Of a DNA stretch of 64,000 nt, positions 1 to 8,195 are shown in pieces. The stretch is taken from positions 1 to 64,000 of the forward strand of contig JBDKFG010000017.1 of assembly GCA_039798785.1 (NCBI GenBank), in the 5' to 3' direction. How positions within the stretch are numbered: position 1 is the stretch's first letter; every line of letters begins with the position of its first letter. The DNA comes from Verrucomicrobiota bacterium (GTDB lineage: Bacteria > Verrucomicrobiota > Lentisphaeria > Lentisphaerales > Lentisphaeraceae). The notes beneath the pieces were generated by a model. That model saw only the letters and a list, made by a program, of their open reading frames with translations, searched no databases and was not told where the DNA came from. The position numbers were made by a program, and so were the translations under genes.

Positions 1-100
1 GTGCGCAAATCGCGCCCGCCGGGATCTGTGCGGGGGGCTCACAGCAATGAGAGTCCCTACCGCGATACAACAGCGACAAATGACGATTCTAGTTCGACCT

Positions 101-223
101 GCATGACTGCCGGCCGGAGGAGGTGCCGAGCGCCCTCTAACACCATAACCTCTTGCTGTTATAGCTGATCCTTTCAACTTTTGAACCTTCCAACCTTTCA
201 ACCTTTCAACTGCGTTTTTTAGG
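101..223 (-). mobile_element. Partial copy of MITE family A (homologous to 21228-21394); other end not visible
   Basis: Reverse complement aligns with 21228-21334, including the terminal CCTAAAAA(A/C)CGCAG, the TTGAAAGG 8-mer repeats and the ACAGCAAGAGGTTATGGTGTT core. Confidence 0.7.
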
Positions 224-726
224 TTAGAAGCCATCCTTGCGGCTTTGAATGATGTCCAAGGCTGCGATGTGCCGGAGCGAATCGCGGGGGACTGATTCTC
301 CGGCAAGAATGTAAGACCATGACGGGTAAACTGGCGGCATTCCCCTGATTGTTGACGCCAGCTGGATGTGAGCGGGTCATCGACAAGATCCGGGGGATAC
401 GCCTTGGCTTTGAGATCCTGTTGGTCTTCTGCCGCGAGTATAGCCGTTTCCCTCATGATCAGGCCGGAATCGGCAATCTTCAGTCGTAAGCTCCGAAGGA
501 ATCACCAAGCTAAGACTAAATTCAATTTCTGATCAAGATTGGTGAGATTTCCAGTGGTGCTTGGTGAGGCGTGGCATCAGTTCGCTCACGAACCGGGTTG
601 AAGGGGTGAGAGCAAATCAGTGATGCTGTGGATGAATTCTTCAGCGGTTTCTGCTTTGCCTCTTCTGCGCTTCATCGAGGATGGATGGGATGAAATAGAT
701 CGACAAGTTCCGAGATGACGCAGCGG

Positions 727-1488
727 TCATGAGCGGGCCGCGGTCTTGGTCGCGTCGATGAGGAAAAGAGTGTCGATGCCGAGGGCGACCAAGGAGTAGC
801 CTTTGGCGCGGAAGGGCGCAGCGTCTTCGGGTCGGCTGGAGACGACATGGATGCCGGCGGTTTTCCCGTGTTTCTGGCAGGCGGCAAGGACTTGATCGAT
901 GGCGGCGAGAACTTTTTCGTGGCCGGTTTGACCAGGCAAGCCGAGGGATCCGGCGAGATCGTAGGGGCCGATCAGCACCGCGTCGATGCCGGTGACGGCG
1001 AGGATCTCGTCGATATTGCGCACGGCGTCGATGTGTTCGACCTGGGCGATGACGGTGGTGGCGGCATCGGCGGCGGCGACATATTCGGTGAAATCGAGGC
1101 CGTAGGCATTGGCTTGGCAGAAGCCGAAGCCGCGTCCGCCGATGGGGGCGTAACGGGCGTGGCGGACCAGCTCGCTGGCCTGCGCGGCATTTTTGATCAT
1201 CGGGCAGATGAGTCCGGTGGCGCCGGCATCGAGGCTGCGGCGGATCCAGGCTTCATCGAGACAGGGGACTCGCACCCAGGCTTCGGCGCCGCCATTTTGA
1301 ATTGCGGCGATGCAGACTTGAAGCTGATTCAGGTCGAAGAGCGCGTGTTCGGCGTCGAGGGTGAGGAAGCGGAAGCCTTGACGCGCCATCAAGCCGGCGG
1401 AAACCGGGGAGGGGATCTGCAACCAGGAGCCGGTGACGGACTTGCCGGCGAGGATGTCGGAGCGGAGGATGGTGGCTGATTCAAGCAT
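727..1488 (-). CDS. HpcH/HpaI family class II pyruvate aldolase
   Basis: Motifs LDAEH, WVRVP, LDAGATG, RYAPIGGRG, QVE, IGPYDL; start moved to ATG 1488 (GAGG RBS upstream). Confidence 0.9.
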   Translation of the reverse strand: MLESATILRSDILAGKSVTGSWLQIPSPVSAGLMARQGFRFLTLDAEHALFDLNQLQVCIAAIQNGGAEAWVRVPCLDEAWIRRSLDAGATGLICPMIKNAAQASELVRHARYAPIGGRGFGFCQANAYGLDFTEYVAAADAATTVIAQVEHIDAVRNIDEILAVTGIDAVLIGPYDLAGSLGLPGQTGHEKVLAAIDQVLAACQKHGKTAGIHVVSSRPEDAAPFRAKGYSLVALGIDTLFLIDATKTAARS

Positions 1489-1496
1489 GATTGACC

Positions 1497-1901
1497 TCAA
1501 GGTTTCAGGGGCGTCCAATCCGGACTGGTCAGGTGTTGTGCAGCTGCCAGGCGTAAACGAGTGTCAATCGTCCAGAATTCATCACATTTTGCGGTGATCG
1601 CAGCCGCGAGATGTAAGGCGTCCGGAGTTTTTAGTCGATACTTGACTCGAAGTTGAGTCGCGAGGTCAAAGACCGGGCGATTCAGCGAAATGATCTCGGT
1701 TAACTGAAAAAATGATTCGTATTGTTTCAAGGCGGAGAAATCCAAGACTTGGAGCGGCGACACTCGGCATTCCATCCAAGCTAGATCACTTGAAACTAGA
1801 GATTGAGATCCTAGTGCTTGAGCGATTCGGCGTCGCTGCGTATCATCACCTTCAATCAGATCAATGATCATGCAGCTATCCAGATAAACCCTGGCAGCCA
1901 T
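1497..1901 (-). CDS. vapC: PIN-domain toxin (VapC family)
   Basis: N-terminal VYLDSC, C-terminal LKTPDALHLAAA..FWTID; 134 aa; AT-richer than flanks. Confidence 0.88.
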   Translation of the reverse strand: MAARVYLDSCMIIDLIEGDDTQRRRIAQALGSQSLVSSDLAWMECRVSPLQVLDFSALKQYESFFQLTEIISLNRPVFDLATQLRVKYRLKTPDALHLAAAITAKCDEFWTIDTRLRLAAAQHLTSPDWTPLKP

Positions 1902-2141
1902 TCAATCGTCCCAATTGTTGCGTTCAATATCCATCCGCGCTTGAATTTGAGCGTGAGTCAAGCCAGGGCTAGCTGACTCCATCAGTTGCGTCAGGAAGGC
2001 ATTTAATTGAGTTCGGCGCTGTGCTGATGATTCTTCGCAATAGACCACGACGCGGGCGGTGCCGGCGGCGACCGAATCCGGCAGCTTGAGATGGATTTCG
2101 TGCGTCGGACTGATCTCCGCGGTCATTTCGAAGGTTTTCAT
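1902..2141 (-). CDS. Putative antitoxin (VapB-like)
   Basis: 79 aa ORF abutting the PIN gene upstream; C-terminal ERNNWD resembles the ends of VapC partners. Confidence 0.7.
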   Translation of the reverse strand: MKTFEMTAEISPTHEIHLKLPDSVAAGTARVVVYCEESSAQRRTQLNAFLTQLMESASPGLTHAQIQARMDIERNNWDD

Positions 2142-2204
2142 TGTAGGGGCTCCTCGTGTCTAAACTAACGCCGCATCGGGATTTACGAAAGTGAATGCGG
2201 TCAG

Positions 2205-3269
2205 TCACTCTTCATAGGGATTGATGATCGTGATGCTCGGGTAAAGCGAGCGGGCCTTGGCGCTCATGGCTGCGTGATGGCGATCGGAGGAGATCAGCAA
2301 GGGCAGGCCGGGGCGGAGTCGGCTGAGTGCTTCGACTTCGAGCCCAAAGCATTGAGTTTTTCCCTGGGGCTGGTCATCGAGGACTTGGACCACTTGTGGG
2401 CCGGGACGGCCGGCAACGGCGCGGGCCAGTTTGGCGGTGTGGGCTCCGGCGCCGTAGATGGCAATTTCCGGCATGGTCTCGAGGCGGGCCCAGACCTGGC
2501 GGAGCAGGCCGACTTGCATTCGGGACAAGCTGTTGAAGCTGGCATGGTGGTCGCTGTAGTGAGCTTCGATGGCGGGTTGGATCACCTTGGGGAAGCGTTC
2601 ATCGGCATGAATGCGGGCATTGACCAGGGAGTCGTTGCCGCCGTGAATGCGATAAATGGCCAAGGGCAGGGGGACGGCGAGAAAACGGCTGTGCAGGGCG
2701 GCGCAGGCAGCGAGGTAGGAATCCGCCCCGTTGCTGATGTTTTCCGGAATCGGGCACAGTCGTCTGGCCAGGGGCCTCGCCAGGGTCAGGCCGATGGTGG
2801 GGAGCAGCTGCTGGTCGAGAAGCAGCGGCTGGCTGCGTAGGTCGCCGGCGAGGAGGTGGCCACCATAAAGCCCGAGCGATTGGCCGCGCTCGTCATGAAG
2901 TTCCATCAGATGCTGCACGACGCCGAAGCCGGGGCCGGCGGCTTCGAGCCAGCGGGCCAGGGTGCTGAGCTTGTGGGGCAGCATGATGTCGTCGCTATCG
3001 AGGAAGGTGATGAAGTCGCCACCGGCTTCGGCGATGGCGGAGTTGAAGGCGGCGGCCTGGCCGCGATTGCGTCCGTGCGAGATGAAGCGTAGTCGCGAGC
3101 TGTGCGCGGTCTTATAGCGTCTCAAGATTTCGACAGAGTCGTCGGTCGAGCCGTCATCGACAGCGACGATGTCAAACTTCGGCCAATCCTGGGCCAAGGC
3201 GGAATCGAGCGCCTGGGCGAGGAAGCGGCCGTAGTTGTAGTTGCACAAGGCGATGGTGAAGGAGGGCAT
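2205..3269 (-). CDS. GT2 glycosyltransferase with C-terminal Rossmann-like domain
   Basis: NYNYGRFL..ALDS, VDDGSTD, FLDSDD, YRIHG; C-terminal IAIYGAGAHT. Confidence 0.9.
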   Translation of the reverse strand: MPSFTIALCNYNYGRFLAQALDSALAQDWPKFDIVAVDDGSTDDSVEILRRYKTAHSSRLRFISHGRNRGQAAAFNSAIAEAGGDFITFLDSDDIMLPHKLSTLARWLEAAGPGFGVVQHLMELHDERGQSLGLYGGHLLAGDLRSQPLLLDQQLLPTIGLTLARPLARRLCPIPENISNGADSYLAACAALHSRFLAVPLPLAIYRIHGGNDSLVNARIHADERFPKVIQPAIEAHYSDHHASFNSLSRMQVGLLRQVWARLETMPEIAIYGAGAHTAKLARAVAGRPGPQVVQVLDDQPQGKTQCFGLEVEALSRLRPGLPLLISSDRHHAAMSAKARSLYPSITIINPYEE

Positions 3270-3353
3270 GGAGGGACTGCCGTTTTGGACAAGTGCGGTG
3301 AATGGACTGTCTTCAGTATACGGCGAAGTCGCTCGCCTTCACAAGCCCAGACG

Positions 3354-4322
3354 TCAGCGTTCGGCCATTTCCGACTCCGGCGTCGGACGCAGGGCGGGAA
3401 GGCCGTTCAGGACGCGCAGGCAATCTTCGGCGGCGCCGAATTCCATGTCGTGGCGGGATTGACGGGTCGAGGCGCCGATGTGAGCGGTGAGGATGACTTT
3501 GTCCATGCGGCTGAAGATCCCTTCATAGGGCTCCTGGTGAAAGACGTCCAAGGCGGCGCCGGCCAGATGTTCTTGCAGCAGAGCGTCGGCGAGGGCTTCT
3601 TCATCGACGATGCTGCCGCGCGCCGTGTTGACCAGGACGGCGCCGGTTTTCATCCGCGAGATGGCGCCGCGTCCGATGAGGTTGTGATTGGCGGTGCCAC
3701 CGGGAATGTGCAGACTGAGGATGTCGGATTGGCGCAGAAGGCTGTCGAAATCCACCAAGGTGACGCCGAGGGAGGCAGCGAGTGCGTGGTCAGGCTTGAG
3801 CTCGTGGGCGATGACGCGGGTACCGAAGGGCTGAAGAAGGCGGGCCACTCGGGAGCCGATCCGGCCGAGCCCGAGGAGGCCGATGGTGCATTCGCTGAGG
3901 AGGACTCCAGTGAGGCGGTTCCAAGCCTTGGCCCGGACGGATCGATCCGACTGGGGGATGAGGCGTGCGAGGTTGAGCATTTGCGCGAGGGCCAGTTCGG
4001 CGACGGCTTGGGAGGGTGCATCGGGGGTGTAGGTGACCTCGACGCTGCATTCCCGGCAGGCGTCGAAATCGATGTTATCCAGGCCGATGCCGGCCCGTGC
4101 GATCACCTTGAGGCGCGGGGAGAGCCGGCGGATGACTTCGGCGGTGTAGGGTTCGGTGCCGGCAATGATGCCGTCGATGTCCGTCGGCAGCTGCAGCATG
4201 TCGCTTTCCTTAAGGCGGCGCCGCACGGGATTGACAATGATCTCCATGCCGCTCGCGGCCAGGAGTTTCAATGGGGCGGCGTCGAACTGCCCGAAGGGAT
4301 GGGTGGCAAGTAAGATTTTCAT
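3354..4322 (-). CDS. D-isomer 2-hydroxyacid dehydrogenase (phosphoglycerate dehydrogenase-like, no ACT domain)
   Basis: GIGLDNID, GLGRIG, NTARG, ALDVF..EP, HIGAST; start ATG 4322. Confidence 0.9.
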   Translation of the reverse strand: MKILLATHPFGQFDAAPLKLLAASGMEIIVNPVRRRLKESDMLQLPTDIDGIIAGTEPYTAEVIRRLSPRLKVIARAGIGLDNIDFDACRECSVEVTYTPDAPSQAVAELALAQMLNLARLIPQSDRSVRAKAWNRLTGVLLSECTIGLLGLGRIGSRVARLLQPFGTRVIAHELKPDHALAASLGVTLVDFDSLLRQSDILSLHIPGGTANHNLIGRGAISRMKTGAVLVNTARGSIVDEEALADALLQEHLAGAALDVFHQEPYEGIFSRMDKVILTAHIGASTRQSRHDMEFGAAEDCLRVLNGLPALRPTPESEMAER

Positions 4323-4511
4323 GGCAAGGATCCTTCCTTGAAGCGTTGCCTTGCTTCCTTGCAAGGCTTGTGCCAGGGCACACCTCTGAGCTTTCGTCCG
4401 TCCGGCTCGCGGGTTTAGTTCACTCGAAGCGGAAAGCTTTGCCTGTCATTGCCATGCCCATCAGGCCTTCTGTTGCCGAAGAGGTTCATCCGATCTCCAG
4501 CTTTGCCGGGT

Positions 4512-5381
4512 TCATTCTTGCTCAGCTTTTCGTCCTTCGTCAGCGTTCAAAAACCTTGCACTCCCCCAGGGCCAATCTTGCGCTTCCCGCACAAGGCCCG
4601 CATCTTTGGGATTGTTGTGGATGTACCTCACCGCATTGGCATAATGCTCGCCGTTGCGGATGAAGCGGTCGAAAAAATCCAAATGCCAAAAACCCTTGCG
4701 CGTCAAGGGGTAGCCCGCCTGGGAGCGCGCCAATCCTTTGGCGCTGTGTTCAACCTGGGAGCGCGCCAGCCCCCTGGCGCTGTGTTCGTTGTTCTGCTCT
4801 TGAGATCTTAACACCCTTTCGCCTTGGGCGAAAGGAAGGGCGCCAGGGGGCTGGCGCGCTCCCAGGGGAGCAGCAGGAGCCACAGCGCCAGGGGGCTGGC
4901 GCGCTCCCAGGGGAGCAGCAGGAGCCACAGCGCCAGAGGGCTGGCGCGCTCCCAGGGGAGCAAGAGCTTCGCAAATGCGCTTGGCGCTGACCGCTTTCCA
5001 TCCCTTGACAATGTCGCCAAGTGTCATCGTCCCGATCACCTCGATCAACACATGCACATGGTTGGGCATGATCACCCATTCCAGCAGACGGTAGTGGACG
5101 CCGTCGAAATGAAACAAAACTCTCTCCATGATCGCCGCGGCTCGCGGATCCCGCAAAATGCAGCTCCCGTAGCCGGCATCCAGCCAGGCCTGGATCGCTT
5201 GACGTCGCTTCAGGTCGCGTTCGCTCTGGCCCAGATCCTTCAGCTCTTCCTCGAGACGTTTGAGCTTCTCCTGCGGCAAGCTGTCGCCAAGGTGAATGGT
5301 GATCGACTGGATGCTGTAGCGTCGATCAAAATGCGGCAGGTAGCCGCGCGAATGCCAGCCGCGTCCTTCGACGAAGCGCAT
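4512..5381 (-). mobile_element. REP-associated tyrosine transposase (RAYT, Y1/HUH family) with in-frame REP insertion
   Basis: RGYLPH, ITIHL, MPNHVH (HUH), FW..FFDRFIR, YIHNNP (catalytic Tyr), WPWGS; flanked by and containing REP palindromes; alternative start 5447. Confidence 0.88.
4718..4956. repeat. Five REP copies inside the RAYT ORF (4718-4744 and 4754-4780 forward; 4840-4866, 4885-4911 and 4930-4956 reverse)
   Basis: 27-bp CCTGGGAGC-GCGCCAG-N4-CTGGCGC; 45-bp period in the last three copies; central hairpin CTTTCGCC-TTG-GGCGAAAG. Confidence 0.92.
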
Positions 5382-5398
5382 TCCCTGGGATGCCCCTC

Positions 5399-5567
5399 CC
5401 TGGGAGCGCGCCAGTCCCTTGGCGCTGTCTTCTTGCTCAACGTTCATCGTTTACACCTCATTAAGCAAAAGGTAACGCAGCTTTCGCTTGAGGCGAAAGC
5501 AAGGGCGCCAGAGGGCTGGCGCGTTCCCAGGGGAGCAAGGGCGCCAGGGGGCTGGCGCGGTTCCAGG
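5399..5567. repeat. Three REP copies (REPIN plus extra copy) upstream of RAYT
   Basis: 5399-5425 forward; 5505-5531 and 5541-5567 reverse; central GCTTTCGC..GCGAAAGC hairpin. Confidence 0.9.
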
Positions 5568-5570
5568 GTT

Positions 5571-6248
5571 TCAGCCGAGGGAATGCATGCCGAGGAGCTC
5601 GGCGATGCGCCAGGTGACGTCGTCGTCGATGTCGACTGATTCCAGTCGCGGGGTGGGGTAGATCATGGCTTTCCGTCCGATGCGGGCGCTGGTCTTGGCG
5701 AAAGATTCCTTCGAGAAGATGTAGAGACAGGAATTTTCTTCGTAGAGCGGCGGCAGGTCCTGGGTGCGGATGAGTTGACTCGGGTCATGATTGACGGCTT
5801 TGCCATCCTTGTCGTAGAAGCGCGAGTAGAACTCGGTGACGGAGAAGAGCGAGTCGTAGCGGCCTTCGCAATCGACGAACTGCTTGAGGGCGTGGGCGAT
5901 GGTTTCGGCCTTGAGCAAGGGATTGGTGGCGTGAGTCTGGAGGTAGAGATCGGCATCCAAGAGGCTCAGGTCATGGGCGAAGATGGCGTTGGTGGAGACG
6001 AAGTCGCCGCGCAGCGCGGCCGGACGCATGTGCACTTTGACCTTGGGCGACAAGGTCGGAGCTTCGAGCTGAACCCGTTCCGAGTCGGTGTTGATGATGA
6101 TCTGGTCGACAGCGTAGGTTCGGTCGAGGGTGCGGATGATGTGGTGGTAAAGAGGCTTGCCGCAGAAAGGCTTGAAGTTCTTTCCGGCGACCCGTTCGCT
6201 GTGGTCTTTGATCGGGATGAGTGCGGCGACTTTGAGGTTGTGGATCAT
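5571..6248 (-). CDS. Acylneuraminate cytidylyltransferase family (NeuA/KdsB-like)
   Basis: ALIPIK..SERVAGKN, GKPL, NTDS, ATNPL, RTQDL, ENSCLY, DIDD. Confidence 0.9.
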   Translation of the reverse strand: MIHNLKVAALIPIKDHSERVAGKNFKPFCGKPLYHHIIRTLDRTYAVDQIIINTDSERVQLEAPTLSPKVKVHMRPAALRGDFVSTNAIFAHDLSLLDADLYLQTHATNPLLKAETIAHALKQFVDCEGRYDSLFSVTEFYSRFYDKDGKAVNHDPSQLIRTQDLPPLYEENSCLYIFSKESFAKTSARIGRKAMIYPTPRLESVDIDDDVTWRIAELLGMHSLG

Positions 6249-6263
6249 GGCGGCCTGGCGGGT

Positions 6264-8195
6264 TCAGGGTTGTGGGGATGAGTCGTCGAGAATGTTCCGG
6301 CCCACGGCGTCGAGGCTGAGGCGCGAGTCGTTCTGCAGAAGCATGCGGACGAGCTGTTTCTGGCATTCGTGATTGTGATTTTTCCAGTCGTGGGAGGTCC
6401 AGGCGTCGGCCTTGTCGCCGAGGCTGACGAAGTTCATTCCGGCGGCGTGCTGGCCGGCCTGGCGATAGCCTTTGATGTAGCCGGTCTGGAAGAAGGTGAA
6501 GCCGGTGACATGGAGGGATTTGACCGGGAAGCGGAGGATATCGGCGATGGCGACGATGCCGGTGTTCGGGCGGGTGCCGAGGAGGCCGGCGAAGAGAAAG
6601 TAGAAGTCGGCTTCCATGAAGCTGAGAGTCGCGGTGCAATGCGATGCTTGTGCTTGCGCCAGGAGGGTTTCGGCATCTTCAGCAAAGGCGTCGATTTGAG
6701 CCGGATAAGGCGTCCTCAGGAAGGGGACTCCGGCGTCTCCGAGAGCAGCGAAATCGATCCTGCCGCCGTGCTCCTCTTTCTGATTCATGCAGTGGTAGTA
6801 GAGGTTGGTCCGGCGTCCGAGAAACTCCTGCCAACGCTCTTGGATCGGGAAGGATTTGTTGAGTCGGACGACGACATCGAAGGCGTCGAGATCTTTGCCT
6901 CCGGCCTGATCGAGAAGATGCGGCGCGGGGCCGATGACGACGACTGATTTCCCGACGAGAAAACGGCTCAGTTGCTGGTCTTGCGGCGGCGGCAGCTGCC
7001 GGTAAAGCTCCCAGGTGAGGCGGTTGACATTGCTTTTCACCGGCTCGGGAAGACCGCAGCTCGTCGCGAGACGGCGCGGACGGCAATCGGCTTCGGTGAC
7101 CGAGATCACGGGGATCTTCACCTCGGCGCGACGAAGCTGCGCCAGCATCTTGCCGCGATAATGAAGCGAGCAGATCACCACCGCGTCGGCGCCGCTGCGC
7201 CCCAAGTCTTCCGGACGGAACTGCGATTCCTGGGTAAACAAGGGCTGCGGCGACTGATCGCAAAGAAGGATGCGGGCCGGGGAAACGCCGCGCGACTTGA
7301 GCTGGCTCAAGAGATGATAAAACACCTTGCCGATGCCAAAAAAGGCGACGCTTTTGGTCTCAAGTCCGGGCAGGGATTCAATTCGCGCCCGGAGCTGAGC
7401 GGCGATTTCTTCGTCACTGGGAGGCGTGGAGTCCTTCGCAGCTGTCAATGCCGTTTCGAGGTGACGAGTCAGCTCCTGGTAGATTTGCGGATCCCGCACG
7501 GCGATGAGATTGCCCCAGGCCTGCGGATCGAGGAGCTCGTCGCCGTCATGAAAGCCGTTCCAGCGATGTTTGCCGCCATAGACGCCGTGGAGCGGCAGCC
7601 ATTCGGACACCAGAAGCTGATAACCGCGCTTCCGCAGAAAGTCGCGGAGCTCGCAAAAGCCGTAGCCCAAGGGCAGAGTCTTTGAGTCTTCGAATTCCGC
7701 CAGAATGACCTCCGGGGCGGAGGCGGCATCCCAGGGAAAGCCGCGCAGCACGAAGAGGTCGTGACCTTCCGTGTCCACTTTCAGGAAGGCCACGGGACGC
7801 GCCATCTTTGCCTTCTCGAAATATCTGGCAAGCGTGCTCAAACGGACCTTCTCCGCTTCGTGGTGGGTCTCGTGAAAAGCGCTGAGGCTGCTGATGCCGG
7901 TGGACTGCGGGCTGTGAAAGAAGCTGACTTCGTCGCGACAGTGGTCGCTGAGCGCCTCGGCGTTGATGAAGACTCCGGGCATGCCTCCGTACTGGTCCTC
8001 GATGGCGGCGCGGTTGCGGCCGTCGGGTTCAAAGAGATGCACTTCCCAGTTCGACTCGATGAAGGGACGGCTGGTCTGTCCGAGATTGGCGCCGACATCG
8101 ATCATCAGGCGGGAGCCGGAGCGCCGTTCAAGCACTTGCCGGATGAGGTCGGATTCGTCCGGAGTGTAATCAGGGTCTGGAGATTTCAGAATCAT
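6264..8195 (-). CDS. FkbM methyltransferase - Rossmann-like linker - GT29/sialyltransferase-like fusion
   Basis: IDVGANLG, FEP, LKVDTEGHDLFVLRG (FkbM); KSVVVIGPA..G.DLDAFDVVVRLN..LGRRT (L-motif-like) and PNTGIVAI..LHVTGF (S-motif-like). Confidence 0.78.
   Translation of the reverse strand: MILKSPDPDYTPDESDLIRQVLERRSGSRLMIDVGANLGQTSRPFIESNWEVHLFEPDGRNRAAIEDQYGGMPGVFINAEALSDHCRDEVSFFHSPQSTGISSLSAFHETHHEAEKVRLSTLARYFEKAKMARPVAFLKVDTEGHDLFVLRGFPWDAASAPEVILAEFEDSKTLPLGYGFCELRDFLRKRGYQLLVSEWLPLHGVYGGKHRWNGFHDGDELLDPQAWGNLIAVRDPQIYQELTRHLETALTAAKDSTPPSDEEIAAQLRARIESLPGLETKSVAFFGIGKVFYHLLSQLKSRGVSPARILLCDQSPQPLFTQESQFRPEDLGRSGADAVVICSLHYRGKMLAQLRRAEVKIPVISVTEADCRPRRLATSCGLPEPVKSNVNRLTWELYRQLPPPQDQQLSRFLVGKSVVVIGPAPHLLDQAGGKDLDAFDVVVRLNKSFPIQERWQEFLGRRTNLYYHCMNQKEEHGGRIDFAALGDAGVPFLRTPYPAQIDAFAEDAETLLAQAQASHCTATLSFMEADFYFLFAGLLGTRPNTGIVAIADILRFPVKSLHVTGFTFFQTGYIKGYRQAGQHAAGMNFVSLGDKADAWTSHDWKNHNHECQKQLVRMLLQNDSRLSLDAVGRNILDDSSPQP

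Noticed and set aside
1..457. Minus-strand reading frame open from ATG 457 to the window edge
   Set aside because: It runs through the MITE repeat, has no recognisable motifs, and cannot be supported as a gene
4718..4956. CRISPR-like array of 27-bp palindromic repeats
   Set aside because: Mixed orientations, short or identical spacers, no cas genes; explained as REPs of the RAYT
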